DNA from: Acidobacteriota bacterium
GTDB lineage: Bacteria > Acidobacteriota > Thermoanaerobaculia > Multivoradales > UBA5704
Length of the DNA: 10,006 nt
Assembly: GCA_040005235.1 (NCBI GenBank)
Contig: JBDTZG010000113.1
Span: forward strand, 1-10,006
Direction: 5' to 3'
Positions 4,673 through 10,006 of this stretch are shown one piece after another; position 1 is the stretch's first letter, and each line of letters opens with the position of its first letter. The notes under the pieces were generated by a model, which did no database searches, was not told where the DNA came from, and saw only the letters and a program-made list of their open reading frames with translations. The translations under genes were made by a program, and so were the position numbers.

Positions 4673-7255
4673 TTGGTCCGACGCCTTTTTCCGTCCCTCG
4701 CTCCCGCCGCCGTTCTTCTCTCCGTGCTGTGGGGCGGCGCCTGCGCCACCGCGGCGCCTTCGACCCGGCCAGCTCCTCCCGCGACCCCCGCGGCAGTTCC
4801 TCCTGCCTCGCCCGTCGCCGCCAAGATCGCCGGCCTTGATCCTCGCGCGGGCCTGCTCGACCTCTATCTCGACAAGAAGACGGGCAAGGTCTGGCTCGTG
4901 CTGCCCGCTCCCAGCGGTCCGGGAGGCCGGGTCGGCAGCTATCTCTATGTCGAATCGCTCGGCTCGGGGCTCGGCTCGAATCCGGTCGGCCTCGATCGCG
5001 GCCAGGTCTCGGACGCCCAGATTTTGGACATCCGGCGCGTCGGCGGGCGGATCCTGTTCGAGCTGCCGAACTATCAGTTCCGCGCCGGGGCTCGCGTCCC
5101 TTCCGACAACGCGGCGGAACGGCGGGCGGTCGCCGAGTCATTCGCCACTTCGGTGCTCTGGGCCGCGCCGATCGAAGCGGAAGATCCCGACGGCCGGGTG
5201 TTGATCGACCTCACCGGCTTCCTGGTGCGCGACTCGCACGGCGCGGCAGCCTCGATGGCGGCGGCACGGCAAGGCTCCTGGTCGCTCGATGCGGGGCGCA
5301 GCGCGGTCGATCTCGACGGCTGCAAGGCGTTTCCCAAGAACGTCGAGCTGACCGCGCTGCTGACCTTCCAATCGAGTGCGGCGGGCCAGCTCGTGCGCGA
5401 GGTGGCCCCCGGCTCGCCGGGGGATCGCGCCGTCACTCTCACCGCCCACCAGTCTCTGGTCGCCCTTCCGGATGCGGGGTTTCGGCCGCGCAAATTCGAT
5501 CCCCGGATGGGCCATTTCGCGGTCGGCTTCTTCGACTTCGCCGTGCCGCTTGGGAGCCCGCTTGAAGGCAACTTCGCCGCCCGCCACCGGCTGCAGAAGA
5601 TCGACCCGGCCGCGGCGCGCTCGAAGGTGAAAGAGCCGCTCGTCTACTACGTCGACAACGGCGCGCCGGAACCCGTGCGGAGTGCTCTGGTCGAAGGAGC
5701 GAGCTGGTGGAAGGAGGCGTTTGAGGCGGCGGGATTCATCGACGGGTTCCGGGTCGAAGTGCTGCCCGAGGGCATCGATCCGCTCGACGCGCGCTACAAC
5801 GTGGTCCAGTGGGTCCACCGCTCGACCCGCGGCTGGTCGTATGGCGGCGGCGCGATCGACCCGCGCACGGGAGAGATGATCAACGGCCACGTCCTGCTCG
5901 GCTCGCAGCGGGTGCGTCAGGACCGGCTGCTGTTCGAGGGTCTGATCGGCGCCTCGGGCACCGGAAGCGGCGGGGCCGCCGATCCGATCCAGCTGTCGCT
6001 CGCCCGCATCCGCCAGCTCGCGGCGCACGAGGTCGGCCACTCCTTGGGGTTGTCGCACAACTTCGCCGCCTCGACCTACGGCCGGGCTTCGGTGATGGAC
6101 TACCCGGCGCCGCTGGTGAAGGTGACCTCCGGAGGCGATATCGATCTTTCCGAAGCCTACGCGAAGGGGATTGGCGCCTGGGACATTCAGGCGATCAAGT
6201 ACCTCTACTCGGAGTTTACGTCCGAGCAGGAGGACGCGGGGCTTGGGCAAATCGTCGCCGAGACGCTCTCGCGCGGCATGCTCTATCTGTCGGACCAGGA
6301 CGCGCGACCCTTAAGCTCGTCCCACCCGCTCGCGAACCTCTGGGACAACGGCGCCGATCCGATCGCCGGCCTGGAAAATGCGGTGAAGGTGCGGCGGATC
6401 GCTCTCGCGCATTTCGGCCTCGGCAACCTCGGCGCCGACCGGCCGCTCGCCCTGCTCAACGACGTCCTCGCCCCCGTCTACTTCCACCCCCGCTATCAGC
6501 TCGAAGCGGCGGCGAAAAGCGTCGGCGGCGCCACCTACGAATACGTGATGCCGGGCGACGGCCAGGCTCCCGTTCGGCCGGTGCCGGCCGTCGATCAACG
6601 GCGGGCGCTCGCCGCGGTGCTCTCGGCGATCTCGCCCGCCGAGCTCGATCTGCCGGATTCGATCCTCGCCCTGCTGCCGCCGCGCCCGCCGGAAGTGAGG
6701 GCGTCGGTCGAGACCTTCCGCGGCGACTCCTCTCCGATCTTCGATCCGCTCGGCGCCGCGGCCACCGCGGCGGATTTCGCCCTCGGCGACCTGCTCGCGC
6801 CCGAACGGGCCGCGCGCCTGGTCGATCAGCACCGCCGCGATCCGTCGTTGCCGGGTCTCGAAGAGGTGATGGACAAGATCATCGCCGCGAGTTTTTCCGG
6901 GGGTGGCTCGCCGCGCCTCGCCGAGATCCGGCGCACGGTCGAATCGGTGGCCGTGGCGCGCCTGATCGGCCTCGCGGGAAATCCCGCGGCCACCTCCGGG
7001 GTGAGGGCGCGGGTCGAGGCCGCCCTTTCCACCCTGGCGCGCCGGCCGATCTCGGGAGGCGAGCCGGCCGAGGAGCGCGCGTATTTCGGGCATCTGGTGC
7101 GTGAGATCGAACGGTTCTTCCACCGCGCCGAGGCGCTCGACCGGCCGGTCGAATCGGCGCCGGAGATTCCGCCCGGTCAGCCGATCGGCGGCGGCCAGCC
7201 CGGACTTGGAATGCCGGACGATCTCGACGGCTGCTCGCTCGAAGGGAAGCGCTGA
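4673..7255 (+). CDS. Exported zinc-dependent metalloprotease (metzincin; DUF5117/DUF4953-type), probable lipoprotein
   Basis: HEVGHSLGLSH zinc motif, SVMDY Met-turn, DPRMGHF and IDPRTGE family motifs. Signal peptide ending LWGGAC followed by a Pro/Ala linker. TTG start with a GGAGG RBS at 4660-4664. Confidence 0.92.
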   Translation: MVRRLFPSLAPAAVLLSVLWGGACATAAPSTRPAPPATPAAVPPASPVAAKIAGLDPRAGLLDLYLDKKTGKVWLVLPAPSGPGGRVGSYLYVESLGSGLGSNPVGLDRGQVSDAQILDIRRVGGRILFELPNYQFRAGARVPSDNAAERRAVAESFATSVLWAAPIEAEDPDGRVLIDLTGFLVRDSHGAAASMAAARQGSWSLDAGRSAVDLDGCKAFPKNVELTALLTFQSSAAGQLVREVAPGSPGDRAVTLTAHQSLVALPDAGFRPRKFDPRMGHFAVGFFDFAVPLGSPLEGNFAARHRLQKIDPAAARSKVKEPLVYYVDNGAPEPVRSALVEGASWWKEAFEAAGFIDGFRVEVLPEGIDPLDARYNVVQWVHRSTRGWSYGGGAIDPRTGEMINGHVLLGSQRVRQDRLLFEGLIGASGTGSGGAADPIQLSLARIRQLAAHEVGHSLGLSHNFAASTYGRASVMDYPAPLVKVTSGGDIDLSEAYAKGIGAWDIQAIKYLYSEFTSEQEDAGLGQIVAETLSRGMLYLSDQDARPLSSSHPLANLWDNGADPIAGLENAVKVRRIALAHFGLGNLGADRPLALLNDVLAPVYFHPRYQLEAAAKSVGGATYEYVMPGDGQAPVRPVPAVDQRRALAAVLSAISPAELDLPDSILALLPPRPPEVRASVETFRGDSSPIFDPLGAAATAADFALGDLLAPERAARLVDQHRRDPSLPGLEEVMDKIIAASFSGGGSPRLAEIRRTVESVAVARLIGLAGNPAATSGVRARVEAALSTLARRPISGGEPAEERAYFGHLVREIERFFHRAEALDRPVESAPEIPPGQPIGGGQPGLGMPDDLDGCSLEGKR

Positions 7256-7261
7256 TCCCCC

Positions 7262-8125
7262 ATGGCAAGCCCGTTGGCCCTCTCGCTCGTCCGGGCTCTG
7301 CCGCTGCTGATGCTCTCGGGAACCTGCGCGCCGAGCGCTCCCGGTAAGACAGCGCCCGCGAGCGCTGAGCCCCAGCCCGTAGCGGCGGCCCCTCCGGCCC
7401 CTGCTGCGGTACCCGCTCCCCGGCCGATCGAGCACCTCGGGGTCCACGTGCTCGCAACGCACCCGCACGATGCGGCCTCCTACACCCAGGGGCTGCTCTG
7501 GTACCAGGGGAAGCTCTACGAAAGCGCCGGCCAGTACGGCCGTTCGGACCTGCGCGAGGTCGACCCTACGACCGGCAAGGTGCGCCGCAAAGTGGCGCTG
7601 CCGGGCAACATCTTCGGCGAGGGGCTCGCCCTCGCCGGAACGCGGCTGCTCCAGCTCTCCTGGCGCGAGGGCGTCGCGTTCTCGTGGGATCTGGCGACTT
7701 TCGCCAAAGGGCCGGAGTTTCACTACGCGGGCGAAGGGTGGGGCCTCTGCTACGACGGTAAACGCCTGGTCCGGAGCGACGGCACGGACGTGCTGACCTT
7801 CCACGACCCCACGACGTTTTCCGAGACCGGCCGGCTCTCCGTGCGCCGGGCCGGCCAGCCGGTGTTCTATTTGAACGAGCTGGAATGCGTCGGATCGGAG
7901 GTCTACGCCAACGTCTACCAAACCGACGAGATCGTGCGCATCGATGCCGCGACCGGCGAGGTGACCGCCTCGATCGATGCCTCGGGTCTGATCACCCCCC
8001 AGGAGAGCCTGGCGGGCGCCGAGGTCTTGAACGGCATCGCCTGGAACCCCGAGGAGAAGTTCTTCTACGTCACCGGCAAGCTCTGGCCCAAGATCTTCGA
8101 GGCGCGGTTCGAGAAGCCGCATTGA
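7262..8125 (+). CDS. Glutaminyl-peptide cyclotransferase (plant/bacterial beta-propeller type), exported
   Basis: HPHD...YTQGL, FGEGL, GEGWGL, LNELE, VLNGIA and VTGKLWP motifs. N-terminal hydrophobic signal with Cys plus a Pro/Ala linker. Starts 6 nt after the protease stop. Confidence 0.93.
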   Translation: MASPLALSLVRALPLLMLSGTCAPSAPGKTAPASAEPQPVAAAPPAPAAVPAPRPIEHLGVHVLATHPHDAASYTQGLLWYQGKLYESAGQYGRSDLREVDPTTGKVRRKVALPGNIFGEGLALAGTRLLQLSWREGVAFSWDLATFAKGPEFHYAGEGWGLCYDGKRLVRSDGTDVLTFHDPTTFSETGRLSVRRAGQPVFYLNELECVGSEVYANVYQTDEIVRIDAATGEVTASIDASGLITPQESLAGAEVLNGIAWNPEEKFFYVTGKLWPKIFEARFEKPH

Positions 8126-8151
8126 CAAGGCCGCTCGATGCGCTTTAGCGT
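8122..8151 (+). promoter_or_regulatory. Candidate sigma70 promoter for yegP (TTGACA-18 nt-TAGCGT)
   Basis: Perfect -35 overlapping the upstream stop codon, TAnnnT -10 at 8146-8151, and a GAGGAG RBS at 8170-8175. Confidence 0.55.
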
Positions 8152-8184
8152 CGAGCTCCACTTCTTTCCGAGGAGGAGACCGCG

Positions 8185-8517
8185 ATGTCCGGTTGGTTCG
8201 AGCTCAGCAAGAGCAAAGACGGTCAGTTTCGTTTCGTGTTGAAGGCGGGCAACGGAGAGATCATCCTTACCAGCGAGCTGTACCGGTCGCGCTCCTCGGC
8301 GGCCAAGGGCATCGCGTCGGTGCAAAAAAACAGCGGCAACGACAAGCGCTTCGTCCAGAAGACCTCCAGCAACGGCAAGCCCTATTTCAACCTCCGGGCC
8401 GGCAACCATCAGGTGATCGGCACGAGCGAGATGTATTCCTCGCCCGGAGCTTGCGAGAACGGCATCGCCTCGGTCAAGACGAACGGTTCGAGCACGACGG
8501 TCAAGAATCACGCCTGA
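8185..8517 (+). CDS. yegP: YegP family protein (UPF0339, tandem DUF1508)
   Basis: 110 aa with two internal repeats (FRFVLKAGNGEIILTSELY / YFNLRAGNHQVIGTSEMY ... GIASV) and a strong RBS. Confidence 0.93.
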   Translation: MSGWFELSKSKDGQFRFVLKAGNGEIILTSELYRSRSSAAKGIASVQKNSGNDKRFVQKTSSNGKPYFNLRAGNHQVIGTSEMYSSPGACENGIASVKTNGSSTTVKNHA

Positions 8518-8574
8518 GGCGCCGCGCAGAGGAAATCGGCACCAGGATTGGCGCCGGTCGGTCCGTACGGATCG

Positions 8575-9954
8575 CTACATTGCGCCGGCCGGCGCCTTGA
8601 GTTCGTTCGCCCGAATCTCCCGCTTCCACAGCTCGCTGCCCTGGGCGTCGATCGCGCGCAGCGTTAGCACCCGGTCCTCGGGCGGGCCGGTGACGTCGAG
8701 CAGGCCGAAGCTGCGACGGTCGGTGACCCAGGTACCGGGCACGCGCGATGGATTGCTCGTCTCTTTGTCGGTCGAGGAAACCATGCTCGAAGTGAGCGGG
8801 CTCGAAGTGAATTCATAGAAAGGATACAGACCCGGCACGTCGATCTTGAGCAGCTCGGATTCGTGGCGGTCGCCGGTTAAAAAGACCAGCCCGGGGATCT
8901 TCGCCTTGACCAGGAAATCGCGCAGCTCGTTCTGTTCCGCCGGATAGCGGCCGAGCGCCTCGTAGAACGCGAGCGGATTCCACATCTGGTTGCCGGAGGC
9001 AACGATCTTGAACGTGGCGTCGGAGGAGACCAATGCCTCTTCGAGCCAGCGCAGCTGTTCTTTTCCGAACATCCGCTTCGAGGCGTCGTCGGGGAAGTTG
9101 TCCGGCGTCCGGTAGTAACGGTCGTCGAGCAGGAAGAATTCGACGTCGCCCCACATGAATCGGCCGAACACGCCGGGGATCTCGGCGGTGCCGTACTGGG
9201 GGTTCGCCCAATAGTCGCGAAACACGCGCAACGAGGTTTCGCGGCCGGAAAACGAGCGGTCCGAATCGTTCGGGCCAAAGTCGTGGTCGTCCCAGATCGC
9301 GTACTGGTGGACCGAGCCGAACAGCGGCTGAAGCTCCGGAATCGACCGGTCGCGCGCCCAGCGGCGGCGCATTCCTTCTTCGGTGCCCACGTCGGATTCG
9401 CGGTAGTAGATGTCGTCGCCCAGCCAGAGCATCAGGTCGGGCTTCTGGGCCAGGATCGCGTTGAAGATCTCGTAGCCCCCGCCGTACTCAGGCCCCGGTC
9501 GATCCGCCGCGGGATCGTTGATGTAGGCGCACGAGCCGAACGCCGCCCGCAGGTCGGGCGCCGGGGTGCGCCAGCGCCAGATCTCCTGGGTCTTGAACGC
9601 GGTGGCGTAGGGCAGCCCCACCCGCCGGCCGTCGACATAGACCTCGTATTCGTACTTGACCCCCGGAACCAGGTTGACCAAACGGAACCGCGCGATCCGG
9701 TCGCCCTCGTCGGTGGTCGCGATCTCGTGCGACAGCCGGGAAGAGACCTCCGCCCCGGCGAGCCAAAATCGCAGCTGCGCCCGCGCGGGCTGCTTGGTTT
9801 GAAGCCAAAGCTCGACTTCGCCCACGTCGGACAGGCCGACCATCGGACCGCCAAGGATCGGCGACACCGCTCCGTCTTCGTGGGCGAAGAGATGCGAGGG
9901 AACGGCGAGGGCGAGGAGGAGGGCGAACGGAACGACGCGGAACGAGGGGCGCAT
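8575..9954 (-). CDS. phoD: PhoD-family alkaline phosphatase / phosphodiesterase, secreted
   Basis: FGSC, LWLGDDIY, IWDDHDFG, LLDDRYYR and LTGDRH metal-ligand motifs, an N-terminal beta-sandwich domain, and a signal peptide. Confidence 0.9.
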   Translation of the reverse strand: MRPSFRVVPFALLLALAVPSHLFAHEDGAVSPILGGPMVGLSDVGEVELWLQTKQPARAQLRFWLAGAEVSSRLSHEIATTDEGDRIARFRLVNLVPGVKYEYEVYVDGRRVGLPYATAFKTQEIWRWRTPAPDLRAAFGSCAYINDPAADRPGPEYGGGYEIFNAILAQKPDLMLWLGDDIYYRESDVGTEEGMRRRWARDRSIPELQPLFGSVHQYAIWDDHDFGPNDSDRSFSGRETSLRVFRDYWANPQYGTAEIPGVFGRFMWGDVEFFLLDDRYYRTPDNFPDDASKRMFGKEQLRWLEEALVSSDATFKIVASGNQMWNPLAFYEALGRYPAEQNELRDFLVKAKIPGLVFLTGDRHESELLKIDVPGLYPFYEFTSSPLTSSMVSSTDKETSNPSRVPGTWVTDRRSFGLLDVTGPPEDRVLTLRAIDAQGSELWKREIRANELKAPAGAM

Positions 9955-10006
9955 GGTGGGGGAGTTTATCCGAGGCGCCGAATGTCTTTGCGGGCTGTAG
10001 GCCCGC

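Noticed and set aside
5138-8161. Long shadow ORFs 5138-6250 (-), 5809-7104 (+) and 6311-8161 (-)
   Set aside because: They overlap the well-supported protease and glutaminyl cyclase genes and have no motifs of their own.
8536-8555. Imperfect hairpin between convergent yegP and phoD as an intrinsic terminator
   Set aside because: The stem cggcacca/tggcgccg is imperfect and has no T tract on either side.

Overview
High-GC bacterial window. Left part (about 53-1503, minus strand): a complete IS110-family, IS1111-type element with an intact DEDD/Ser recombinase, 13-bp subterminal inverted repeats and a 3' non-coding region. That region contains four short segments matching its own target and donor junctions, consistent with a bridge/seek RNA. 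The element appears to sit in a GTCATCCCGAGC...GGGATCT REP-like palindrome. Unusually, the right end is followed not by the rest of the REP but by an exact second copy of the start of the putative bridge RNA (233-bp period, truncated by the window edge), suggesting a tandem guide-RNA cassette or array. The rest is ordinary chromosome: a DEAD-box helicase (-), a translationally coupled GNAT plus class V aminotransferase (+), an exported Zn metalloprotease and glutaminyl cyclase (+), YegP (+) and a PhoD-family phosphatase (-). All family calls come from motif recognition by eye; no searches were run.
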